NCBI GenBank assembly: GCA_001724265.1
Contig: MEDY01000157.1
Coordinates: forward strand, 62,001-106,588
Direction of reading: 5' to 3'
Source: Rhizaria sp. SCN 62-66
Lineage: Eukaryota
Length of the DNA stretch: 44,588 nt
Position numbers and translations under genes: made by a program. The notes below the pieces were generated by a model. That model made no database searches. It saw only the letters and a list, made by a program, of their open reading frames with translations, and was not told where the DNA came from. Below, one piece after another: positions 1 to 10,162 of this stretch; positions within the stretch are counted from its first letter, which is position 1; each line of letters opens with the position of its first letter.

Positions 1-1187
1 TCGAAGCGGACCTTGCAGTTCTCGGGCAGCACCTCGCTGGCGCCGTTCTTGCCGATGCCCGAGATGCCGCCGGGGCCGCCGGGGCCGGCGCGGACGGTGT
101 TGTAGGCCACGGCCAGGAAGGCGACAGAGAGCAGCGAGATGATCAGGTTCAGCAGCGAACGGAAGGAGATCGGCGGCGGAGACGCGATGGTCGAGCTGTC
201 TAAGGGGCGCACTGGGGAGCTGAGCGAGAAACCGCCGCCGTTGCTGCCGGCGCCAGCGCTCGAGCCGAACGACGCAGACGCGTTGCCGGCGCCGCCGGTG
301 TAAGCGCCGGTGTGCGAGCCGGTGTAGGTGTTGGTGGTGGAGTGGGGGACGCCGCGGATGGAGGCGAAGTGAAGGCTCTTGGCGGTGTCGTAGAGCTCCG
401 CCACGACGGGCGTGCGGGGGAAGGCGCCTGACTCGTAGCGGGCCAGGAACGCAGAGGTCGAGTACAAGCACAGCTCGCGGGCCAGCTCCTCCTGCAGGGC
501 GACGTTGGTGGGGTCGGCGGCCGCGCGGCGCTCCAGGGACAGCAGCAGCGAGACGTAGGGGTCGGTGACGTTGGTGCCAATGTCAGAGTAGAAACCGCTC
601 GCACCATGGGCACTGTTTGTGGCGTTTGTGTTGGAGATCATGGAGAAGAGACGTGTGATGGACGCAACAGTGGGCAGCGGTGGCTGGTGCTGTTGCGCGT
701 GGTTCGAGGCTAACCCACCGCGGCGTCCACGGACCACAGACGACGAGGACGACGAAGAGGATGACACAGTGACTGTGGGGGGAGCGAGCGCTCGGGCGAG
801 AGCGTTATTGTTAGTGGCGCTGGAGCTGGCGCGGATGCTGTTGGTCGAGTTGCCATGAGCACGGGTGCCAGCGTTAGCGCGAGCGCAGCTGCCGCTAGCA
901 GTCGCCACAGTAGCAGTCGTCGCCGCAGAGAGAGAGAGGGCGGCGGCGGCGGGCAGCGTGATAGGGCCGATCAGGCTCGCGACGGTGGGGCTCTGGTAGG
1001 CGGCTGATGCTGACGACGCAGCGAGCAGCGACGCGCTCGCGGTCAGCATGACACTCGCAGTCGCGGTGGCGCTGGCGGGGACGTTGACGCTGGAATAGTG
1101 GAATGACGCAGCTGTCGGAGCAGAGAGAGAAAGAGACGAGGAGAGCCCGGAGGTCGCTCGAAGCAGAGCGCGACTGCGACAGAGCAT
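1..1187 (-). CDS. YME1: Mitochondrial i-AAA protease (YME1/FtsH4-like), 5' part; the gene continues beyond the window edge
   Basis: Not in the ORF track because the stop lies outside the window. Hand translation from ATG at 1187 is open to base 1. It gives an Arg/Ser/Ala-rich presequence-like start (MLCRSRALLRATSG), then LERRAAADPTNVALQEELARELC...FLARYESGAF (like the YME1 N-domain), a TM helix (LLNLIISLLSVAFLAVAY), and GKNGASEVLPENCKVRF(D), which matches the start of the FtsH AAA domain. The AAA and protease motifs themselves are outside the window. Confidence 0.7.
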   Translation of the reverse strand, partial: MLCRSRALLRATSGLSSSLSLSAPTAASFHYSSVNVPASATATASVMLTASASLLAASSASAAYQSPTVASLIGPITLPAAAALSLSAATTATVATASGSCARANAGTRAHGNSTNSIRASSSATNNNALARALAPPTVTVSSSSSSSSSVVRGRRGGLASNHAQQHQPPLPTVASITRLFSMISNTNATNSAHGASGFYSDIGTNVTDPYVSLLLSLERRAAADPTNVALQEELARELCLYSTSAFLARYESGAFPRTPVVAELYDTAKSLHFASIRGVPHSTTNTYTGSHTGAYTGGAGNASASFGSSAGAGSNGGGFSLSSPVRPLDSSTIASPPPISFRSLLNLIISLLSVAFLAVAYNTVRAGPGGPGGISGIGKNGASEVLPENCKVRF

Positions 1188-1839
1188 TGCGGTGGGGTGG
1201 TCTGAGGTATGAGAGAACGTGAGCAGAGCGAACCGGTGATGAGAGGGCAGTCGGCGTGAGGGGCAGAAAGCATGTGGGCAAGAGGTGTCACAAAAAAGGT
1301 GATATCTCACCAGAACAAGAAGATATGAAAACAATAAAAAGATATAGTATCATAATACTACGATTGCCAACTATAATACTATACGAGAGCAACTGTGCGA
1401 TGGTGCGGGGTTGTATGCGAAGCTTCTGGTCTGGCCTCGCTTGTGGTGGTGGAGTTCCAGTCATCGGTCAGACAGACGTGACTGTGGGCAGGCGGTCGGC
1501 TGGGCACGCCCACGGTCAGTCGGCTTGGTGTTGGACGGCCAATACGCACTTTACTTTTGACAACTGTTTTGCACCTGGCACCCGCTCAGAATAGCGATGT
1601 AGATAATCAATCTGGATGCAATGCGCACTAGAAAATTTACCATATTCATAAAATGCTAAACCATTCATGCCTCGTCGTGATTTGTTTCGTCGAATCCGTC
1701 TCACCTGCTTGTTGTCCCAACGTTCCCCCGTCTCGCCTTCCCGCGCCCTACACGCTTCCCCAGGACTGGGTTTTCCTCCCTTTCCTCGCCAAACTCGCTT
1801 CTCCCTTCCCGCAGAAGCGTTTTATACCACTTCTTTGCA
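1188..1839. promoter_or_regulatory. Divergent intergenic region, putative bidirectional promoter between the YME1-like and uL3m genes
   Basis: The two start codons point away from each other across 652 nt, with an AT-richer core and pyrimidine-rich leaders before each ATG. Inferred from layout only. Confidence 0.45.
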
Positions 1840-3106
1840 ATGTTCCGCTCCGCCCTCGCGAAGCAGTCGTGCCTTCTCGCCGGCAAGGCCTCAGCGTCTT
1901 CCAGCTCGTCGGTCGCGCTGCTCTCCGCCTTTGCCCCTGTCGCGCGCTTCTCCGCCGCCGCCGCCGCTGCCGACAGCACCGTCTCCGACGCCGCCGCCGC
2001 CGCCGCTGCCGCGGCGTCGTTCCCGCTGTCGTCGACGGCGCGCCACCGCCAGCGGCGCGTGCAGCCGCCGACTGCGCGCGGCGAGGCGTGGGGTCAGGTG
2101 CTTGTGAGCAACAAGGACCTGGTCGTGCCCACCGCGGTCTGGACGCCTAAGTCCGTCCGCACGGGCGTCGTCGGCCGCAAGGTTGGCATGCTCTCGCTCT
2201 GGGACGGCCACGGCCGCAACATTGCCTGCACCGCCATCCAGATTGAGGACTGCCAGGTACTTTTTTACCCATCACTTTCCTGTGAATATATCTCGCGTGC
2301 ATCAAATTCGCGAGTTACTATTGTCTACACATTGATTTATAAGAGCAGTACATACCTATTGTTATGACCCTTTACCTCACATTTATCATCTATCTTTGTG
2401 GCATTTTGCTTCATTTTCCATTCGTTATCTTTCCTTCCGTTCTCAGGTCCTCGACGTCAACCCCCAGGTCTCGACCCGCCGCCACACCCAGACCATGTCC
2501 CTTGGCGCGGTGAACCGCAAGGAGAAGAACGTGACGAAGCCGATGCTGGGCCACTTCCACCGCGCGCGCGTCGCCCCGAAGCAGTTCATCCGCTCGATCG
2601 AGGTCACGCCCGACGCCGTGCTGCCCGTGGGTTGGAAGATCGACGCGCGCCACTTCGTCGCCGGCCAGTTCGTCGACGTCACTGGCAACACCACCGGCAA
2701 GGGCTTCCAGGGCGGTATGAAGCGCTGGGGCTTTGGCGGTCTCTTCGCCTCACACGGTGTGTCCGTCTCGCACCGCTCCATCGGTTCCACTGGTATGCGT
2801 CAGGACCCCGGTCGCGTGTTCAAGAACAAGATGATGCCCGGTCACATGGGCTGCGAGAACCGCACGACGCAGAACCTGCGCGTGTTCAAGGTCGACCCCC
2901 GGCGCAACGTCATCTTTGTCATCGGCTCTGTCCCGGGCCAGGACGAGCACGAGCTGATCGTCACGGACGCCGTCAAGCGGCCCTTCAACCCGGACTCGCC
3001 GCCGCCGTTCCCGACGTTCGTGGCGCCCGCCGACGACGCGCTGGCCGAGGTCGTGATGCCCGACTCGCTGCTCGGCCCCGACCCCTTCGCCGGCGGCGCG
3101 GTCTGA
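1840..3106 (+). CDS. MRPL3: Mitochondrial ribosomal protein uL3m, 358 aa; exons 1840-2256 and 2447-3106
   Basis: Bacterial-type L3 motifs RTGVVGRKVGM, GQFVDVTGNTTGKGFQGGMKRWGF, SHGVSVSHRSIGSTG and PGRVFKNKMMPGHMG. N-terminal presequence-like extension. Phase-0 intron 2257-2446 (gtactt...ctcag). Stop TGA. Confidence 0.93.
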
Positions 3107-3551
3107 GCGCGCTGTCACTACAGCTTGTAGTCGGCTGTGCTACAGTCATTTCAGCGCACTCGTATGCGCTGTGGTGTTGCGGTTGCGGTTGTCGGTGCTG
3201 TTCTTGTCACGAATGCTCTTGTTTATGCTGTGGTATTGCTGCTCTTGGCTATGGGCGTTGCTTAAGGGTGAAGAGATGATCTGAATGATGATGGTCAGAT
3301 GGGAATAGGGTGGTTTGCTGACTCAAAGAATGTGGAGGCAAGTCACGACAAACAAACATATCTATTTTATCATATCTATTTGTTATATCATCCAACCAAT
3401 ACATTATCTAAGTTAATAACACCAAGAGCATCGTTATATTTTGTTTCTAAACTCATATATCACTATGTATTCATTCAAAGACTGACGCAAAAAGCACACA
3501 CTCATTTTGCATCAAAAGAGCTATGGGAGATGTTCCTTGCTGTTGTTTTGC

Positions 3552-4150
3552 TTAGTCGGAGACGGGCTTGAGCTCGCCGCTGAGCTCGGCCTTCTTATCG
3601 GCCTCCATGAGCTCGGCGAACTGCTTCAGGTTGTCGATGAAGACCGCGCGCTCCTCGCCCTGCTTCGCGCCGACGAGGTAGGGCACGACCACCTCGCCGG
3701 TGGACTTGCTCCAGAGCTGCGCAACCGAGCCCTGCTTCTCGCAGTCCTTGCCGTGTGTGGCGCAGATAAAGCCGGCGTGGTCGTGCAGCGTAAGCGGGAC
3801 GCTGGCGCAGAGGCGCAGCACGGCGGCGCGGCAGTCGGCCTTGTCGATGAGGTCCTCGAAACGCTTCCACTGCGTGCGGATCAGGTGGTCGGCGCAGCCG
3901 GAGCAGAAGCGAGACGGCGTCCACACAGCATCTATAGGTAATATGAGGACATATCAACACATTTAGTATACAATAATATAAAATGAACGCGGTCTGTTGC
4001 ATAATCACTGAGACATGCGTGAATTATATGACTGATGTGGGACGGACCGGTATCGTGGATCTTGTACTCCTGGTAGGTGTCGGCGTCGATGTCGCCCATG
4101 CAGACGATACACTCGGCGCCACTGGGCGGCTCGGCGTGGTCAGCGGACAT
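3552..4150 (-). CDS. Hypothetical 160-aa protein with RING-like CxxC...CxxC motifs; exons 4150-4048 and 3931-3552
   Basis: Splicing intron 4047-3932 (gtccgt...tatag, phase 1) joins the two ORF-track fragments: MSADHAEPPSGAECIVCMGDIDADTYQEYKIHDT/DAVWTPSRFCSGCADHLIRTQW...KADCRAAVLRL. Strong GC3 bias. Stop TAA. Function unknown. Confidence 0.75.
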
Positions 4151-4729
4151 CTATTAAGCCGGAGGAGCGGTGTGCGTTAGATATCAGAGACAGGGAAGGT
4201 TGGGTCAGAAAGGGGAAGGAAGACGTGGATCGAGAGTGTGAACGAGGATGTGGCAACTCGAGGGCTGGAAAGTCACGAAGATTGACGTTTGGTGGTGTAT
4301 AATAAACATGTTATTTACAAGCAACTAATATAATCCCGAGCAAAGTAGCTAACAGCTGTTTAAGGGAAGATCCGCGATGATATGCCTTCACGAACTTTGA
4401 TGGTCACTCCCACCAACGAGCACCACACTGAAGAGCTCACAGTCACTTTGCCGCTCGCTCGCTGACTTGGACTGGCTGGGACTGTGACCGTGGGCGATGG
4501 CTGCCAGAGGCGTTTGCGCTTTCTCTCGAAGACCCCTCGCAAAAGTTTCTGCGGTCAACGAGCGTCGTGCTCACTCATTCACCGAACTGTACTTGCACTA
4601 TATTTACTATTTTATATTTCACATTCCGCCCAGCTGCGTTCTTGCCCTTACATTGCTCACTTCTCAACTCTCGGTCATGCTGTTCAACCTTGCTTGCCCT
4701 TTGCTCTTCCCGACGCGCAGTCCGCGTCC
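4151..4729. promoter_or_regulatory. Divergent intergenic region; includes a probable 5'UTR intron of NDUFA6 at 4589-4720
   Basis: Head-to-head genes. The segment 4589-4720 (gtactt...cgcag, 132 nt, AT-rich core) ends 9 nt before the ATG and fits the donor and size pattern of the other introns. Confidence 0.4.
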
Positions 4730-5580
4730 ATGCTGAAGCGTACCCTCGCGCGTCTTGCCCCGAACCCTTCCCTGCCGGTGATTGAGCCCGCGGTGAGCCA
4801 GTCTGCGTCCGCTCTGCGCCAGCTGCTCACCATCGAGTCAGCTGACGTGCGCAAGGGCCCCCAGTACCACTCGAGCCAGTACACCGACATGCAGCTCGAC
4901 GACTGGGCCACGCAGATCCGCCTCTCCGACGATATCTCCCACGCCCGCGGCCAAGCCCGCGCCTTTTACCGCCGCATCCTGCGCCGTTTGCCCTCGCTTC
5001 TCATTCACTACAAGTTCCACGAGATTCCCCCTCAGGAGGTGCGTCAATCCTCACTCTTACACAGCTTTGACCTCTACACTATGCCTGACTCCATTAATGA
5101 AGTCTTGTGGAGATTCATCTCTGTATTTCGAAACATCAGGATATTCTCTAGACTTCTCCCAAATATTTTCGCTATTCGCTAATGTCTTGTATGCTGTATT
5201 TTACTTTTCTCATCAATACCTTGCTCTTCAAACCAACTCTTTGCATTTCGTTCGCGTTGCACCCCCCACAGGCTGTCAAGGCGGTCAAGTTCTACTTCAC
5301 CCAGTTTCCTGCCAAGGACGCCGCGACGATGGACCGTCTGCGCTGGCAGGGCGAGGTCATCATGGCCGACGTCGTGCGTAACTACCTCACCTACTCCCAC
5401 GTCTCGGCGCTGCTTTTCCCCGACGTCTCTTCCGCGCCCCCGCTGCCCGCATCCGCGCTGCCATACAACGCTAGCACGCTCAAGGCGAACCCGGACAACA
5501 CGTCGTTCCTCGACGAGTTCCTCGACACCCGCGCTTTCAAGCCTAAGGTCGAGAAGTTCTCCGGCCCCGTCATCGTTTAA
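4730..5580 (+). CDS. NDUFA6: Complex I accessory subunit NDUFA6/B14 (LYR family), 205 aa; exons 4730-5038 and 5272-5580
   Basis: The spliced product SDDISHARGQARAFYRRILRRLPSLLIHYKFHEIPPQE/AVKAVKFYFTQF...DAATMDRLRWQGEVIMADVVRNYLTYSHV...SFLDEFL follows the NDUFA6 pattern (LYR-type FYR motif, downstream F, D-x4-G, HV, terminal FLxxFL). Phase-0 intron 5039-5271 (gtgcgt...cacag). Presequence-like N-terminus. Stop TAA. Confidence 0.75.
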
Positions 5581-6713
5581 GTACGCGTCCCACCGCGAGA
5601 CCCTTAGACGGCGATGTCAGAAGACAACGACGACACCGAGAACGCAAAGAATAACATGTTGACCAGGAAGGAGTGGTTCAACTAGTAGCTGTAATACGGG
5701 CAGAAGAATGCAGAAACCTACGGGCCCGAGTGTGATTCAGAACAATATTATTCGGGAGTGCTCTTTGCTCTCTGCCCGTGACTGTTGCTGTTGCTGTTGC
5801 TGTCATTGCTAACGATGTTGATGTACAACACCGCTGTGTGTTACGCACACATACCATGGTTGCGTAATACTTACGTATCGTCTCAGTCTCATGCTGCGAG
5901 TCTCATGCTGCGACAGTATCACACAGCAGCAACACAGCACACACATTTATCTAAGAAGTTTGAGTGGGTGAGTGAACGACGCAAGGAAGCACTATCACTA
6001 AACACTAAACACGAAATTAAGAAAAAACAAACAAACAAATTCTATTAACCCCCAACAACGACAACGAGACGAGATGTTTACAAAGACCTAAGCTCTGCGC
6101 TGGTAACATCGATCGAACGTTGTCGGGTTTTTATCTTGCGACAGCGTACATATCAGCAGTATCAACAGTCATATGCGCCAGTGAAGTACTGGCACAGCTG
6201 TGTATATTCGGTATGTATGCGTGTTGAACGTTACAGAGGAGGACGAGAGTCTGGTTTTAGTATGACTCCGCACCCACCCTGAGCGCAAAACAGGGCATAT
6301 TTGCGCACTGAAGCCAAATTGCAATCAAGATATCAACACATTTTTCGTTTTAATCAAATATATACATATATTATAGTTCGACATGTCTTCATCATCTGCT
6401 TATCATTGTACTTTAGTAAGCCATTTTGCATGCTCGCTTATGTTTTCGTCCTGCTTCGCTTTTGTGGTGGCTGTGGGGGGTGACTAAGCCCAACTCGGAG
6501 CCGGAACTGTTTCACTTTGCAGCGTCATAAAGCATCGATACATTTACAAATGGACAACAGAATGCAAAGTAAATATGTGATGATCTATTTGAATCTTTAA
6601 TTATAAGTCCTTGGCACTTGCTTCGTTTCCCACGCTAACCGTCTCCATCATCATCCGTTTCGCCGCCCCAGTCTCTTCCAGAACACTTCGCTCCGATTAG
6701 TATCACGCCTTCA

Positions 6714-8149
6714 ATGAGCGCATCTGCCGCTGCTGAGCGCCCACAAACCGCGCCTTCTCGCCGTGGTTACCCTAGCCAGGCTCGTACGCGCCCTTCCAGC
6801 GCCGCTGTACACTCTAACAACAACAATGACGGTACGTTCTCGCATACCTCTTCGCTCTCACCAACTTTGCCCCATTAAACCACATATGTCTTTCTCAAGT
6901 GACGTTAGATCTCAACTGTATCACCCAAAATGGTATTGAAACACTTACTATGTATCTAATAACTGCGTTTTTAACTTTATTCAATTTGTTTGTGCGATGC
7001 TTGACAACAGGCGAAAAGAAGCGCAGTAAAGAGGAGCAGGACAAGTACTACTCTAGCCTCGCGACGCCAGTGAACCGCGACTACCCGGACATCATCTCCG
7101 GCATGGACAGCGAGGTTAAGAACTGCACATTTCAGCCGTTTATTAGCAAGGAGTCGCGCAAACTTTTCAGCACGCTGCGCAGCTTCGACGACGGGTGGCG
7201 CGAAGACGTCAAGGCCCGGGAAGAGGCCCGCAACGAGACGCCGCCACTGGACCAGCACTGCACGTTCAAGCCGGCGTTGTCTTACACGTTCCGCGGCAGC
7301 AGCAAAATGCGCCCCGCAGTTGAGACTAAGGAAGAGTGGGCGGCGCGCATGTCGCGTTACAGCAACCGCAGTGCGCAAGCTGGCGGCGACTTCACTGCCA
7401 CTGCGAGGTACGCTAGCTAAACACTTCAATCCATGATATATCCGTTAAAGGTGATCATTGAGAGATGTTGTTGTATAGCATATTATTTAATTTAGATTCT
7501 TATTTATCAACCGAAACTAACATCTTAGTCTGTGTAATTTGTGTTTCCCAATCTCATTTGTTTCCTCCTTAGGCCCGAGTGGAGCAAGGACCTGACGTTT
7601 CAGCCGCGGCTCAACCTGGCCAAGACGAAGGAGATCCAAGACCGCAACAATGACCACCGTGACTTCCTCGCGCGCTACGCGGACGACATGGCGCGCCGCA
7701 AGCAGGCGATGAAAAGCCGCGAAGAGGCCGAGAGAGCGCGCACCGGCACCTTCCACCCGGCCACCACGGGTGGCGCTGCTGGCGCGGGCGCGGGCTCCGG
7801 CGCCGGCGCGGGTAGCGCTGCAGCGGGCACGGGCGTCAGCGCCGCGCTCGCAGGCTGGTCGGGCGCGGGCGGGCCACGCAGCGTCCTGACGAGGCGCGAG
7901 CTGGACGCCTTTGTGTACCGCATGGAGGTCGACAGCGAAAACCGCGCGCAGCGGTTTTAGGAGCGCAACCGGCTGCTCGGCGTTGGGCTCAGCGACGACC
8001 CCAGCAAGCGGCGCGTGGACCTGCGCGCGATTGAGGTTGCGATGGGCCGCGAGAGCGATGCCGACGGCGGCTATGGGGGCAAGGGCGGCAAGAGAAGCGG
8101 CCACAAGCGGCCCAAGAGTGCGAAACGCGCCCAGAGTATCGGCGTATGA
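6714..8149 (+). CDS. Hypothetical 363-aa protein with (C/L)TFxP repeats; exons 6714-6831, 7011-7407, 7573-8149; internal in-frame TAG at 7958-7960
   Basis: Introns 6832-7010 (gtacgt...acag) and 7408-7572 (gtacgc...ttag) keep the frame. Repeats CTFQP, CTFKP, LTFQP and GTFHP. After the TAG, 62 more codons with the same GC3-rich bias run to TGA at 8147-8149, where AT-rich sequence begins. Confidence 0.72.
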
Positions 8150-9026
8150 GCAAAACTCAATACCCACTCTCAGTCGTAAGCTCTATCCCTAGTACAAAAA
8201 CAGTTGACAAGCTATGTCTTCGGAGTATGCTTTTTTTAATATACTGTCATGGTTGCGGTGTGTTTTGTCCTAGTCGATTTGTGATCGCAAGTATAGCAAG
8301 TTTGGAAGTTCATGCTAAGATGTTTCGTGATCTCTGGGGCCAACGTTTTTCTTATCCAACATTATTATTTGTAAAATTATGTTTTTTGTTTTTTGTTTTG
8401 CAGTGCCAATATATTCACTCACTATGGGTTTGCTGCTTTATCTCTTTCGCACAATTAATACAACATGTTACGGTTCTTACATTTCTGACAGGATCTTGCG
8501 TGCGAAAGAATATGTATTGACGACCAGACAAAAAAATTGTTCAACTTTTAATCAAGTCACCACTCGCAGCAACAAGATGTACAACTAAAGCTCCCAATCG
8601 GTATTTGAGGCAGAGTTTTGGATCGACGAGTGCTAACAGAGAGAACAAGGGTGTCTTTGTTTGTATTCTTGTGGGACTAATTATAATGACCCTTATATTA
8701 TTGGTATTGCAAACTAAATGATGATACACATACTAGGTTTTGTTGAGTTATATAAACTAATACATTAACCACTATCGACGACCTGCCAACGACAAGCAAC
8801 GCAAAAAGCAGACAGCTAGAAAACAAGGCATAGCAAGACAATAAGCACTCATACAGAATGCAACATTCAACTCATACAGCTAGATTGACGCAAACGCCAT
8901 CCTTGGATGCTCCGTTGCAAGTCCAGTGGTGATTGTGCGTCATTGTTGCATGTCGTGTAGCAAGTGCTCGAGTTAGCGAGGCCAAGTTCGTTCTTTGTTG
9001 CTAATGTGCATGTTTCCGCTCCGCGC

Positions 9027-9752
9027 TTAGTTGCGGCCGCGGCCACCGCCACGGCCACCACGGCCGCCGCGGCCGCCCCTGTCGCCGCCGCCGCCGCGGC
9101 CGCCGCGACCGCCGCCGCGGCCACTGGCACCACCACGGCCGCCGGCGCCGCCCCGGCCGCCGCTGCGGCCGCCGGCGCCGCCCGCGCGCGCGCTGGCCGT
9201 GGCGGCAACCTTGTTGGCCTTCTTCTCGGCCTCCTCGAGCAGCGCGTCGAGGTTGAGCGAGTCGGGGAGCAGGTAGTAGCGGATCGTGCTGCCGCGGACT
9301 GAGAGCGTCTTGAGCTCGGTCGGGTTGCGGTTCTTTACGACGCACTTGACGTCCTTGAGGTGCGTGTTCATCGAGTGGTCGACGCCCACGACGGTGCCCT
9401 CCAGCACGGTGCCGTTCTTAAGCTCTGTAGCGTGGGGGCGGTCGGAGGGCGAGGGAGCGAGATGCGGGAGCAGGAGCGAGGAACGTGAGCGCGAGGGTGA
9501 GAACGGAAACAATCCTGGCGAGGTTTAGGGAGGATGAAGATTATGAGATGATGAAAGATGATTGAAGAGATGAAACGTACCAAGAGTGACCGTCTCATTC
9601 GTCAGCCGCATAAGGAAGCTATATCATAGAAAATACAAAAGAGGATGGAGGTGAGATTCAAAGCGAGAGAACGCGCGGCAGTGGATAAGGTTGAGCGGGA
9701 AAGCGATGACAAAGAGGGTTGTGGAGCGAACGTACCGGACAAGATGCTGCAT
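9027..9752 (-). CDS. SNRPD1: Small nuclear ribonucleoprotein Sm D1, 150 aa; exons 9752-9736, 9618-9581, 9424-9027
   Basis: The spliced product [45 protein letters not shown]...[23 protein letters not shown] matches the SmD1 Sm1/Sm2 motifs and is followed by a Gly-Arg tail. Both introns begin gtacgt. Stop TAA. Confidence 0.95.
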
Positions 9753-10162
9753 TGTACTTAATCACCGACAGGTCCTAGCTACTATACACAAAGTGTCAAA
9801 GCTGTTGCAGGTTAAATACACGGATCTGCGTGACGCAACAGACGTTTCAAATATCGGGTCCGTTCGTCTCTCTTAGCGGCTGGTGGCTGCTGGTTGCCAG
9901 AGGCAATGGACCGAAAAAACTTTCTTCGGTCTCCTTCTTTAAATTGAATAGGAAGCACTCCAAACGTGAATTTGAAAATAAACGCATCATATGTATTTAG
10001 GACTAGATAGTATATATTTTTGTTCAGTTAACAGGTCACACAGCCACATGGCAGGCTGTTATTAGTGCAAACATCGTACTCACAAGCCCTTCGCCACCGA
10101 GTTGGCGCTTTCAAAGAGTGACCGTTATGACTTCAATGTTTGTCTAACTTCCATGCATCTTT

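Noticed and set aside
200-613. ORF-track entry ending in TAG, and similar short ORFs at 895-1291
   Set aside because: Wrong frame; the real frame is the YME1-like CDS from 1187. These TAGs were not counted as evidence for or against recoding.
5578-5586. NDUFA6 TAA directly followed by donor-like gtacgc, raising the idea that TAA is also a sense codon
   Set aside because: The protein is already past the family's C-terminal FLxxFL motif, no downstream coding exon is evident, and other TAA-ending genes such as SmD1 stop at natural ends. It could be chance or a 3'UTR intron.
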